From Candidatus Yanofskybacteria bacterium (lineage in GTDB: Bacteria > Patescibacteriota > Minisyncoccia > 2-02-FULL-40-12 > GWA2-44-9): 64,000 nucleotides of DNA. The stretch lies in contig DOSG01000002.1 of NCBI GenBank assembly GCA_003514055.1, positions 79,825-143,824 of the forward strand. The letters are read 5' to 3'. The translations under genes and the position numbers were made by a program. Position 1 is the stretch's first letter; each line of letters begins with the position of its first letter. The notes beneath the pieces were generated by a model. That model saw only the letters and a program-made list of their open reading frames with translations, did no database searches and had not been told where the DNA came from. Below are positions 20,266 to 29,842 of the stretch, piece after piece.

Positions 20266-20760
20266 ATGCCGGGGCTATGCTACGATTGGATCATGAATAT
20301 CATGCGGATATTATTGTATACTCTGGTTGCACTATTATTATGCTTGGTGGTCGTCTGGCTTGCTGTTGGAATTTGGAATGTCGATAAAGTTTACGGAAAG
20401 AAGATGTTTGGCTACCAAGAAGACAAAATTTGTATTGAATGTTTCAATGGTACTCGTACGGGTACTTGTCCACAACTGATGGATGATAAGCTCACATATC
20501 CACGCGCCGCTGAATCAACAGAAATGATGGATTCGGCGCCTAATGATAGTTCGGATTATTCCGATAGCCATGTTATTAGAAATGGGTTTTGCACTCAATT
20601 TCACTCTACATTAACTACCGAAGGGCAGGATTATATTAAAAGATTCCAGACGATGCCAATACCGGAGAAGAGTTATGCTGAGTCGCTTGGGGTAGCTTGG
20701 CGATATGTGGGAGATTTTTTTGTTGCTATTATCTGTCGCACCATTGGATGTAAAATGTAG
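20266..20760 (+). CDS. Membrane-anchored Cys-containing hypothetical protein (164 aa)
   Basis: N-terminal TM segment; terminator 20808-20850. Confidence 0.45.
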   Translation: MPGLCYDWIMNIMRILLYTLVALLLCLVVVWLAVGIWNVDKVYGKKMFGYQEDKICIECFNGTRTGTCPQLMDDKLTYPRAAESTEMMDSAPNDSSDYSDSHVIRNGFCTQFHSTLTTEGQDYIKRFQTMPIPEKSYAESLGVAWRYVGDFFVAIICRTIGCKM

Positions 20761-20912
20761 TTTATTATTTAATCCAAGTAGACTCTGGCCTCATTCACCA
20801 GACCGATCAAACTAAAACACCGTATCTTATGCGGTGTTTTAGTTTGATCGGTCACTTATTCGTCGTAGAGTAGGCCACGTATGGCATACTCTTAACTCGG
20901 GAATATAGATGT

Positions 20913-22040
20913 TTATCTCAGCTCTTTGATCATCCGTAGCTTCAAGCTTACGGCCGTTCCAATTGCAGTCAGGCTGAACAGAGAAATAACGGCATACCCT
21001 ACGAATGGAATGAACCAGAGGATAATATATGCGGCCACGCCAATTAACATAGTCTTCCAGCTAACGTCGAAATTCGTTTTCTTAGTAAGCCATTTATATA
21101 GAAGTGAACCTATGAATATCGGAGTTAAGGCACAGCTAAGGATACTAAGAGCAACAATACTTATGATGCCTAAAATTCCAAGCGGAATTCCAACGACCGT
21201 AACCAGAAGTAGAATAGATATTACGGGTAAGATAATAACAGTGACGAACCCCTTTCCAAGTGCGGCCCAGGGAGACTTGAAGGCAGTCTCAACTGCTTCA
21301 ACGCTGTAGCGTCTGAACATGATACCCATTAAGAATACTAGGACAATCATCATCAAGGCCTTCATGATCAACCAGAATGATATGAAAGCTTTGATAGGTC
21401 GACTTTCGTTACGCATCGCTTTCGATTCATAAGAAACTGTGCCAAGAATTTTTGCCTCGCTATCTCTAGACATTTCATTGGGTGAACGATAGGTAAGATT
21501 GCCGCTAATAACAGCTTTCGGTCCCAATTTCAATTGAGTGGCATCGACAATAATATCTCCAGTCACGGTGGAATTTATATATACCAATGCTCCTGCTATC
21601 CGAGCCTTACCTCGAACAGAAGCCTCGACATTAATTGAATTGCCGCCAAGTAAGAGGTCGCCACCCACTTGGCCACCGGAAACCGTAATCTGATTGCCGC
21701 CTATCATGGCATCGCCGCCAACGTTGCCCTGAATAAAAACAGTATTGCCGATAATCTTAACGTCGTCGTCGACATTGGCAGTAATGACAACATTGTTGCC
21801 AGCTGAAAAGAGATCTTGGCTGACCTGGTTACTTATGAGGACGGATTGACCTGCCGCAAAGAGATCTCCGATTATTGTACCAGTGACGGATACGCTACTG
21901 CCGGCGATATACAGATCATCGCTGACTATCTCTGACGAGCCGACGGTTGGGTTGCTTCCGCTCGTAAATGTCGCACCAAGAGCTACCGCTGGCAACAAAA
22001 GTGCCATGGCAACAAAGAGTATAATTTTTTGTTTGTTCAT
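20913..22040 (-). CDS. Bactofilin-like (beta-helical repeat) protein with signal peptide and C-terminal TM domain
   Basis: repeated G-rich beta-solenoid units (IIGDLFAAGQSV.., VGGDAMIGGNQITVSGG.., GDIIVDA..) followed by four TM helices. Confidence 0.5.
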   Translation of the reverse strand: MNKQKIILFVAMALLLPAVALGATFTSGSNPTVGSSEIVSDDLYIAGSSVSVTGTIIGDLFAAGQSVLISNQVSQDLFSAGNNVVITANVDDDVKIIGNTVFIQGNVGGDAMIGGNQITVSGGQVGGDLLLGGNSINVEASVRGKARIAGALVYINSTVTGDIIVDATQLKLGPKAVISGNLTYRSPNEMSRDSEAKILGTVSYESKAMRNESRPIKAFISFWLIMKALMMIVLVFLMGIMFRRYSVEAVETAFKSPWAALGKGFVTVIILPVISILLLVTVVGIPLGILGIISIVALSILSCALTPIFIGSLLYKWLTKKTNFDVSWKTMLIGVAAYIILWFIPFVGYAVISLFSLTAIGTAVSLKLRMIKELR

Positions 22041-22152
22041 ATCTATACTATAGCAAGTATCAGCAAATTTTCCAAAAATTCTCTAGCCGACTAGCGTCGG
22101 TTTTTTATTCCCAACAGATTTTGGCCTCATTTGCTCAGCGTGATGCACTTGA

Positions 22153-22185
22153 TTGACAGAACGCGATTTCGGTGGTATTATTAAT
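22153..22185 (+). promoter_or_regulatory. Promoter TTGACA...GTGGTAT half-site...TATTATTAAT
   Basis: member of the operator-promoter family; left half-site degenerate. Confidence 0.45.
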
Positions 22186-22211
22186 ATATCCTGAAATCTG
22201 GAGGTTGTGCC

Positions 22212-22421
22212 ATGCCCGACATTCGTAAGTGTGCAGTCTGTCGCGTTGAGTTTGACTTCGACGAGTCCGGGCTAGAGGGTCCAAACGACGTCGTGGTCTG
22301 CGGCGCGGTCTGTGCCAAAAAGTCTGCCGCCAGTCGTGGAAGCGAATATGTGATCCACGACGGCGAGGGGGCGGTAGTTGAGACGAACATCACTCCTGGC
22401 ATCAAGACTCACCGCTGGTAA
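22212..22421 (+). CDS. GC-rich small Cys protein (zinc-ribbon-like CxxC...CxxxC), 69 aa
   Basis: CAVCRVEF...VVVCGAVC; RBS ggagg. Confidence 0.45.
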   Translation: MPDIRKCAVCRVEFDFDESGLEGPNDVVVCGAVCAKKSAASRGSEYVIHDGEGAVVETNITPGIKTHRW

Positions 22422-22462
22422 TCTTATCTCGAACGCCACATCAAGGAACAGGAGGAGTGCAA

Positions 22463-22678
22463 ATGAAAGTCACGGTTCTCGAGAAACCGACCGGAGGAAC
22501 GTGGTCACGATCTGAGGTTGAGGCTATCATGGGGACAATGACCGAAGTCGAACAGCTACCGAGGCTGCCGAATCGTATCGTGCTCATGAACAAGCCGCTC
22601 CGTGGTTCGATCTCGTGCGCTCTGGGCCACACCAACTACGTCGCGCGAGAAGTGGACTACCACGATCGCTGGGCCTAG
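22463..22678 (+). CDS. GC-rich small hypothetical protein (72 aa)
   Basis: RBS aggagg; terminator 22683-22740. Confidence 0.4.
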   Translation: MKVTVLEKPTGGTWSRSEVEAIMGTMTEVEQLPRLPNRIVLMNKPLRGSISCALGHTNYVAREVDYHDRWA

Positions 22679-22861
22679 CTATCGGCCCGCCTACTTGGCG
22701 ACGGAAACCCGTCGACTCAAGTCGGCGGGCTTCTTTTTTTATCCATATCCAGCTGAGTCTTTTTGGGTGTTTGCCGAGGTTGTCGATCTGAATATGTTCT
22801 GTGAGCGAAGCAAGGCATGCGGATGGTTTACGAATATCGTTTTAATTGATATGCTAAAGTT

Positions 22862-23062
22862 ATGCAAAAAATAGCTACAAAAGTATTCGTCGGGGCGTCT
22901 GTCGCTTTCGGTATTATCGGACTGTCGATGGTTGTGACAACATCTCCTGAAAGCAACGGCCCGAATGTTGTTCTGTTGAAACTTCTCTTCACTAGCGTCA
23001 TTGTCATTTTAACCTCGTTCGCTCTAAGTGTAGCCAGTAAGTATCTCAACAATAAGTCCTAA
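22862..23062 (+). CDS. Small membrane protein (66 aa)
   Basis: two hydrophobic helices; terminator aaaagtgcc-ttaaat-gggcactttttgg. Confidence 0.4.
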   Translation: MQKIATKVFVGASVAFGIIGLSMVVTTSPESNGPNVVLLKLLFTSVIVILTSFALSVASKYLNNKS

Positions 23063-23264
23063 TCTCAGTTAGGTTATAGAATTGATGCCCAAGAGGAGAG
23101 GGGCGCGTCTTTCAAAAAGTGCCTTAAATGGGCACTTTTTGGTATTGCAAACGTTACAGTTTCGTGCTATAATATAAATAATGTTGTGGCGTCTAACCTG
23201 GGCGTCGCGAACAGACCGTAAACCAACGATCCAGCACAGCTGGACGGATGGAAGGAGAGCGGCT

Positions 23265-23693
23265 ATGGCAACTATGGTGTTGCTCGACAACAATGGCGAG
23301 AAAGTACGGACTCTCGGGTCGATCATCAATCCGAACCCGGATCTGGTCATCCCGCAGGGGTGGATGCTCAGTTGGGAAAATCAGTTCATGGAGGTCCTCG
23401 CAAAGGACCACCTGAACAACGCCGTACTAACGCATGGGAAGGCTCTCGTTCTGGTCACCGCTATGATGAGTACGGTTGTGGTCCGGATTGAGAGCCCGAA
23501 CGTGAAGGACCTGGTCGAGGCGATCGACCTCGTGACCCGGTACCTTGGCGGCGAGGTTGCCACCTTCAGCCCCAACGCCGCCAACAATTCGTTCATTGGC
23601 GGTATCAAGAATGACCTCATCTTCCTTTGGGGGAAGACGACTCAGGCCATTCGCTCGCTACGGCAGCGGATTGGTTTCAAGATCGCACGCTAA
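23265..23693 (+). CDS. GC-rich hypothetical protein, paralogue 2 (~142 aa)
   Basis: same promoter, leader and first ~45 codons as 17222-17650. Confidence 0.6.
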   Translation: MATMVLLDNNGEKVRTLGSIINPNPDLVIPQGWMLSWENQFMEVLAKDHLNNAVLTHGKALVLVTAMMSTVVVRIESPNVKDLVEAIDLVTRYLGGEVATFSPNAANNSFIGGIKNDLIFLWGKTTQAIRSLRQRIGFKIAR

Positions 23694-23771
23694 GCGTGCA
23701 TGCCTCGCATCGAGACAGGGGACCTCAATCCTTGTCTAGTGCGAGGCCCTTTGTTTTTATTCGTACCGAAT

Positions 23772-25073
23772 TTATTTTAGGAACCAAGCCTTAACGACTT
23801 CTTCAGATGGTTTGTTGCGGAAGCCGGCCGATATCGATATCAGGGGCCTTACTTCTGGATCGAGAGCATCATCCCAGGCGAAATTACCGACGTTAATCCT
23901 GACGATATTCGTTGCATCTCGGACCACCGAAAAGAAGGAATTAAAAGCTTTGGCTTGCTCGTTGTAATCACTTTCAAGGGCTCTGATCGATGGGTTTTTG
24001 GAATCGAGATATTCGACTGGGCCAGCAAAAGTGCCGTCTGTATAGCTGGATGGTGCGAAGAATAGAGATACCTTTATTCCCTTCGCAATGGCCTTTCGGT
24101 TAACATCTTCGATCATTCTTCCCATCGCCGCATCGAATGATTCTTCTCCGTCTATTTTGTACTTGCCAGGTATAGCGTATATTTTTATCTCAATCACGTC
24201 GGCTTCCTTGTAATAATCATATTTTGTCCAATCTTCCTTTCCGTTTTTGCCGTCGATAAACCCGTATATATTCAGATCAGTCATTATCTCTCCTTTAAAA
24301 TTCTCCTTGACCTTAGATATGAGTTTTTTCCATAATCTATTCGCAAGCTCCTCGTGTCTAGTAAACGTTGGGTCCTGGAACATGGGCGATATGGACATAA
24401 TATCGACTCCAGCTTCCTGGTACATCTTACCCTTCTCTGATAATCGCGATTCCCATTTTTCGAAGTAATTGGAAATCCATTCTTCCGTATGTGAACTGTT
24501 GAAGTCTTCGTAATCTTTCGCGACGTCTGTGGTAATATCTCCTTTTATCCCAGACAATATGAATTTCCCGATATTCACGAAGGCCAGATTTCTTTTTATG
24601 CCAAGTTTCATCCCGCGTGAATGGGCGGCTTCTACGAGCTTCTCCAGATCCTCGGAGTTTATTGATTCGTCACGCATATCGTTCCAGAATGTTTCGTCAG
24701 CTAACTGATATGAAGTACTTTTATAGTCTGTCTCGTCGTCATATAGAGCCCTGTCAAAATCGTGTATGAATATCTCTTTGGCGCCAAGAGTTCTTACTCG
24801 TTCGAATGAACTCTCAATATTGGCCTGCGTCGTTTCGAACATTCCCATATTGTAGTTTCGGCCCCATGTGTCGTACATATTAACCGCTTTTATTTGAGGC
24901 AGAGGGGATGGAGAAACCGATACTTCATATTTGTGTACTATAAATTCTCCACGGCACCAGGGAGGAGTCGGCCATGGTCCGACAGGTGGGCAGATATTGG
25001 AAGCGAACATCGCGCCGATTAGTAGAAGAAGGATCGCCGCGATGATCGCAAGATAGATAAAAGTTTTTCTCAT
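23772..25073 (-). CDS. Membrane-anchored glycoside-hydrolase-like (TIM-barrel) protein, tentative
   Basis: N-terminal TM segment; 433 aa; overall composition only, no specific motif confirmed. Confidence 0.35.
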   Translation of the reverse strand: MRKTFIYLAIIAAILLLLIGAMFASNICPPVGPWPTPPWCRGEFIVHKYEVSVSPSPLPQIKAVNMYDTWGRNYNMGMFETTQANIESSFERVRTLGAKEIFIHDFDRALYDDETDYKSTSYQLADETFWNDMRDESINSEDLEKLVEAAHSRGMKLGIKRNLAFVNIGKFILSGIKGDITTDVAKDYEDFNSSHTEEWISNYFEKWESRLSEKGKMYQEAGVDIMSISPMFQDPTFTRHEELANRLWKKLISKVKENFKGEIMTDLNIYGFIDGKNGKEDWTKYDYYKEADVIEIKIYAIPGKYKIDGEESFDAAMGRMIEDVNRKAIAKGIKVSLFFAPSSYTDGTFAGPVEYLDSKNPSIRALESDYNEQAKAFNSFFSVVRDATNIVRINVGNFAWDDALDPEVRPLISISAGFRNKPSEEVVKAWFLK

Positions 25074-25503
25074 ATATTAATTATTTTATTGGAACACTAG
25101 TATATTTAATCATTAAAAGGAGTGCGGAGCAACGAGAATGAAAAAGACATCCAGTATCATTTATATCTATTGGCAGTAATTTTTTGCTGAGATTATCGAT
25201 TAAACTGAATTTATTGAATGCGTGGACGTTTAAAATGGATTGTGATTAAATTTAAAAATGGTTATAGATATAGAATTAACCTTGAACAGGTTTGGATTCG
25301 GTAAAATCGACGCGAATAAATTTCAGCTGTTTTGCTTCAGGTTTTCTAGGTGGGAGATCCCTGGCAAGTATTCTATTTCCTTCGAGATAAATTGGCGAGT
25401 TAAAGAATAAGCTCCCGCCTTAATGCGTCTGGATTTAAGACCTTGACAGCCTAACGAAACTGATGTATTTCTTGAATAAGCACATTTACAAAGGAGCTGG
25501 CAC

Positions 25504-26628
25504 ATGGCGAATTGGTGGGAATCAGAACCAGAAAAAACTCAAGAACAAAAAGACTATGAGGCGGGTCAAAAAGAGGGATCGCAATGTAATTCGATGGGCG
25601 CAGCATTTAGGCACGATGTTCTTGTGGGCTTCCACAGTGAGGCATTCGAGAGAGGGTTTGATAATGGTTATGCTAACCAGCCGGAGCCTCCCAGAGAAGA
25701 GCCCGATGTGGATGAAGGATCAAGCTCAGACGATGATGACTATGGTAGCTATAGTTATTCGTCTTCTTCCAGTAGCACAAACATCTCTTCTCCGCCCGGA
25801 GACTCACCTAGCAATGCTATAGGGCGGGTTATCTTGGGTAGTATTATTGTTGTCTTGGTGATGTTCTGTACTCTAATTATGGGGCCAAATCATCAACATG
25901 TAGCGAATGATGATACTCAACCATCATATCGCGAGGCAATCATAAATGAACCGACGCATGTATCACCATCGGAAGATGGACCTCGCAAGACTATCCCAAA
26001 AAGCGTTGAAGACATTAATCGTATCGACAAGAGCCTCGGTGATAATAATGAAGATAAAAATCTTGACGCCGTATTCGACACATCCATTGTCCATTCCATA
26101 GATGTGGAGCTCGAAAGAGACTATTTTGCTTCTCATTGGGGCACAGTAGACACAAGATCGGCCAAGAAACATTTCAGGATATCAAAGTCTTTTTCTCGGA
26201 AGGTCCTAGTAAGTGGACATCTAGCTTCTAGCGAGGCGTTTACTGCTCCCGAATGGAAGTTAGATCTGGAAGAGTGTAATGCTCTCAACGATCCAGAAGG
26301 AGATAGGGAGGTTGAGATGATATTTTTTCAGATAAATCCTGACGATATTCTGGTGGGCGAGGAGATGAATAAGGCTTACGATGAACTAGGGTTAAGAGCA
26401 GATCCCTATGCACTAGCCGCCGTAAATCATAAAGATAAAACATTCTCGCGCCGCTATCCGAATATGACATTTTGGAGTATTCCGCAAGATTCCAAAGACT
26501 ATCAGGTTTTAATGTTCAGAGAGATCAAATCCGAAGATACGCTTAATATATATTGCGGCCATGTTCCTTTCTCGTGGCACTATATGGCATTTGGTGTTAA
26601 TTGGTGGTATGCCGGAATCAGGAAATAA
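25504..26628 (+). CDS. Hypothetical membrane-anchored protein with acidic/Ser-rich low-complexity region
   Basis: SSSDDDDYGSYSYSSSSSS tract followed by a TM segment. Confidence 0.45.
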   Translation: MANWWESEPEKTQEQKDYEAGQKEGSQCNSMGAAFRHDVLVGFHSEAFERGFDNGYANQPEPPREEPDVDEGSSSDDDDYGSYSYSSSSSSTNISSPPGDSPSNAIGRVILGSIIVVLVMFCTLIMGPNHQHVANDDTQPSYREAIINEPTHVSPSEDGPRKTIPKSVEDINRIDKSLGDNNEDKNLDAVFDTSIVHSIDVELERDYFASHWGTVDTRSAKKHFRISKSFSRKVLVSGHLASSEAFTAPEWKLDLEECNALNDPEGDREVEMIFFQINPDDILVGEEMNKAYDELGLRADPYALAAVNHKDKTFSRRYPNMTFWSIPQDSKDYQVLMFREIKSEDTLNIYCGHVPFSWHYMAFGVNWWYAGIRK

Positions 26629-26775
26629 CAATCTGTCCAGAATATGGACTTGATGGCCAACAATGGCCATCTTTTTTTATAATTCTATAGTGAAGTCCAA
26701 CGATAGTTTTAGAGAGCAATCTTTTAATTATTTTATAAAAATGACAGAATAGGAGTAAATGCAAAATATAATTAT

Positions 26776-27819
26776 ATGGATAACAAACATCATTCTCATT
26801 ATTTTCTACTTTTAGCGCTCGCGACATCGATTATCGTCTTGTATTTTGTAGCTAAGCCATTTTTAAGTCCATTGATATTGGCTGCTGTATTCGCGTTTCT
26901 CTTCCAGGTGATCTACAAAAAGTTTTTAGGTATTTTCATAAATCGAGAGAGCTTGGCGGCATTTCTCACAACTCTCGTCGCTATTATTCTGATCTTATTA
27001 CCGATCGTGCTTTTGGGAACTCAGATCTTCAAAGAATCTAGCCAGCTGTATCAATCCCTCGTGCATAGCGGTGGAGGAAATTTTGTTGATTCGATGGAAA
27101 ATATATTAAACCAAGCCCGCACTATTCTCCCGATTCCTGCAGATTTTGAATTCAACTTTGATCAATATGCTAGGCAGGGGCTAGACGTGCTGATTAGAAA
27201 CTTTGGCGCAGTGTTTTCAAGTTTTGCCAAGATATTACTCAATACGTTCGTATTCCTTATTGCTTTTTATTTCTTTCTCAAAGACGGCGATAGACTAAAA
27301 AATTATCTCATTGCGCTGAGTCCCCTCAACGATACGGATGATGATTTCATTGTGTCACGCTTGAAGGTGGCCGTGTCCGCGGCTATGAAAGGAAACTTAG
27401 CTATTGGGCTCGTTCAAGGAGCTTTAACCGGTATTGGTTTTGCAATCTTCGGCGTGCCTAATCCCGCGCTTTGGGGAGGCGTTGCCGTTGTGGCTGCTTT
27501 TCTTCCTGGTATTGGAACGGCGCTGGTCATTACTCCGGCGATCATCTTTTTGTTTCTTACCAATAGCACATTTGGTGGAGTTGGGCTCCTGGTGTGGGGG
27601 ATGATAGCAGTTGGCCTTATCGATAACCTCTTGGGCCCCAAGCTTGTTGGCCGTGGTATGCAGCTACATTCGCTTGCGGTATTCATCTCCGTCTTGGGTG
27701 GACTGGCTTTCTTTGGTCCGTTGGGATTCCTTTTGGGGCCACTTGCTATGAGTGTTTGCATGGCCTTGATTGATATATACGTCTTACTTAAGGTGCGAGA
27801 GAATAAGATTATGAGTTAG
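26776..27819 (+). CDS. AI-2E family transporter (PerM/YdiK-like)
   Basis: 347 aa, about 8 TM segments; characteristic NLLGPKLVGRGMQLHSLAVFISVLGG region. Confidence 0.65.
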   Translation: MDNKHHSHYFLLLALATSIIVLYFVAKPFLSPLILAAVFAFLFQVIYKKFLGIFINRESLAAFLTTLVAIILILLPIVLLGTQIFKESSQLYQSLVHSGGGNFVDSMENILNQARTILPIPADFEFNFDQYARQGLDVLIRNFGAVFSSFAKILLNTFVFLIAFYFFLKDGDRLKNYLIALSPLNDTDDDFIVSRLKVAVSAAMKGNLAIGLVQGALTGIGFAIFGVPNPALWGGVAVVAAFLPGIGTALVITPAIIFLFLTNSTFGGVGLLVWGMIAVGLIDNLLGPKLVGRGMQLHSLAVFISVLGGLAFFGPLGFLLGPLAMSVCMALIDIYVLLKVRENKIMS

Positions 27820-27863
27820 TCTTATTGGTCATATAAATCTTTTAAAAATCGTATAATAAATTT

Positions 27864-28631
27864 ATGAAAAACATATTTATGAAAATATTTGCCGGTGTCT
27901 CTTATGTCGCCATGGTAGTGGTGAATTTTTTGGCTAATAGTTTGCCCATTAATAATCGTTCCACCGGAGAGATATCGAATGCCTATCCTAACCTATTTGC
28001 ACCAGCGGGCGTGACTTTTTCTATCTGGGGCTTGATTTATCTTCTACTGGCTGGCTATGTGATTTATCAATTTACAAAAAGCGGTCAGCAAAGAGAGGGG
28101 ATTTTCAGAAAGATCAACCCACTTTTTATCGCCACCTCTCTTGCTAACATGACGTGGATATTTGCTTGGCACTATGACTATATCGGCCTCTCAGTTTTTA
28201 TAATGGCGATATTACTCGTTCTTCTTATTAAGATCGCAGATGTTCTTCGCGCGGAGCGATTTACTTCGTCGGAGAAGTTTTTTATTTGGGCGCCATTTAG
28301 CGTGTACTTTGGCTGGATTACCGTGGCAGCGATTGCTAATATAACGGTATTTTTGATCAGTATTGGTTGGAAGGGATTTGGAGTTGCTGACTTTGTCTGG
28401 ACTAGCATTATTTTAATCGTCGGCGCGCTCATTGGTATCTTGCGCATGCGCAAAGATAAAAATATTGCCTATGGTCTAGTGCTGATCTGGGCGTATTTGG
28501 GGATTCTTTTGAAGCACCTATCGGCCGACGGTTTTAATGGGCAATATCCCAGCATCATTGTCGCAGTAATTATATGCCTAGTTATGTTTATATTTTTTGT
28601 GGGGAGGATATCTTATGGCAAGCAGTATTAA
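27864..28631 (+). CDS. Trp-rich polytopic membrane protein (TspO/MBR-like, tentative)
   Basis: W-rich TM helices (FSIWGLIYLLLAGY, FAWHYDY, YFGWITVAAIANI). Confidence 0.3.
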   Translation: MKNIFMKIFAGVSYVAMVVVNFLANSLPINNRSTGEISNAYPNLFAPAGVTFSIWGLIYLLLAGYVIYQFTKSGQQREGIFRKINPLFIATSLANMTWIFAWHYDYIGLSVFIMAILLVLLIKIADVLRAERFTSSEKFFIWAPFSVYFGWITVAAIANITVFLISIGWKGFGVADFVWTSIILIVGALIGILRMRKDKNIAYGLVLIWAYLGILLKHLSADGFNGQYPSIIVAVIICLVMFIFFVGRISYGKQY

Positions 28632-28778
28632 CTATTTCGATTGCAATTGTAGCTCTTATTATTGTCGGCGGAAGAGGGCAGGATTTTATTGATAGTATCC
28701 ATTCTGCTTATAACGGCGAATATCTTCTTATGTCTCTCGTCATTGCGATGCCCCTTTAATCCTGGACGGATTTTTGCT

Positions 28779-29336
28779 ATGGTACTCATGCCTATGAATA
28801 GTCTTACAGACGAACAATTAGTCCAGAAATACCTCGGGAAAGACGATAAAGCCCTAGAGGGGCTTATTAAGCGATATCTGCCCATTATTTTTGGTTTTGT
28901 TAAAAGATATACCGGTAATCAAGATACTGCCTCTGACGTTGCACAGGAAGTTTTCGTTAAAGTCTGGAAAAATCTTAAAAATTTTGATCAGTCTAAAAGT
29001 TTTCGAACTTGGATATTCACCATTGCAAAACGAACGGCCATTGATGAGCTAAGAAAAAAGAATGCTTTGCCTTTCTCTGTTTTGAAGGAAAACGGATTCC
29101 CCGAATCTATAGTTGATGAATCTCCGTCAATTCCGGATCAGATATTTGCCCAAGAACAATCTAGGAAGCTCTCAGCGGCCTTGGCTAGGCTACCAGTAGG
29201 CTATAATTCCGTAATCAATCTATATTCTAATAACGGTCTAAATTTTAGGGAGATTGCCATTTTACTCAATGAACCGCTGAATACCGTAAAGAGTAGATAT
29301 AGGCGAGGCCTAGCTTTGTTAAGGAAGCTACTCTAG
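28779..29336 (+). CDS. ECF-type RNA polymerase sigma factor
   Basis: region 2 (DVAQEVFVKVWKNLKNFD, WIFTIAKRTAIDELRKK); region 4 HTH (LNFREIAILLNEPLNTVKSRYRRGLALLRKLL); start taken at an internal ATG. Confidence 0.7.
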   Translation: MVLMPMNSLTDEQLVQKYLGKDDKALEGLIKRYLPIIFGFVKRYTGNQDTASDVAQEVFVKVWKNLKNFDQSKSFRTWIFTIAKRTAIDELRKKNALPFSVLKENGFPESIVDESPSIPDQIFAQEQSRKLSAALARLPVGYNSVINLYSNNGLNFREIAILLNEPLNTVKSRYRRGLALLRKLL

Positions 29337-29344
29337 ATATACAA

Positions 29345-29842
29345 ATGATTTCAGGGCACAAAGGATGCACCAAAGTGCATCCTTTGTGCGTATTAGTATG
29401 TATGCGAGATCAAAAAGATAATCAACGATTTGAGGATATGCCCTCGGTTAGACTTCCTCGAAGCTTATTCTCGCGCATCATAAAAAGATTGGGCTTGGAG
29501 AAAGAGCTTATTCTGGCGAAGAGATATCTGGGTTTTTTTGTAGTCCTACTCATGATCTTTTTGTTCTTGTCGATCTTTGCCTTTATCGGAATAAAACATG
29601 TCTTATCAGAATCTAACCTAGAATTTTTCATCTCTCTTATATTCTCTGATCCTGGCGTAGTGATTAAATATTGGGACAGTTTTGCTTTTGCGGCCTTTGA
29701 GTCGATGCCTGGCATCACGGCCACGGCACTACTTCTTTCAGTAGCTTTTCTAGCCCTTTTTATCAGACTCGCTGCTCTTGCTTTTGAAAAACTTTTTACG
29801 GTTATTAAATTAATTAATAAACAGAAACATGGACACAAATAG
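29345..29842 (+). CDS. Putative anti-sigma-factor-like membrane protein
   Basis: position right after the ECF sigma gene; TM segments; no motif. Confidence 0.3.
   Translation: MISGHKGCTKVHPLCVLVCMRDQKDNQRFEDMPSVRLPRSLFSRIIKRLGLEKELILAKRYLGFFVVLLMIFLFLSIFAFIGIKHVLSESNLEFFISLIFSDPGVVIKYWDSFAFAAFESMPGITATALLLSVAFLALFIRLAALAFEKLFTVIKLINKQKHGHK

Noticed and set aside
15771-22185. Repeated hairpin-plus-conserved-element modules considered as integron attC sites or a CRISPR-like array
   Set aside because: There is no integron integrase or attI and no Cas genes. The hairpins are simple perfect stems followed by T-runs, which is terminator-like. They lack the R''-L''/L'-R' asymmetric attC structure and the regular spacing of short identical repeats seen in CRISPR arrays.
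25323-25822. ORFs 25323-25505(-) and 25463-25822(+) in the AT-rich intergenic region, and the alternate frame of the 374-aa gene
   Set aside because: They overlap the better-supported 25504-26628 gene or lie in intergenic AT-rich DNA without an RBS, with basic low-complexity translations.
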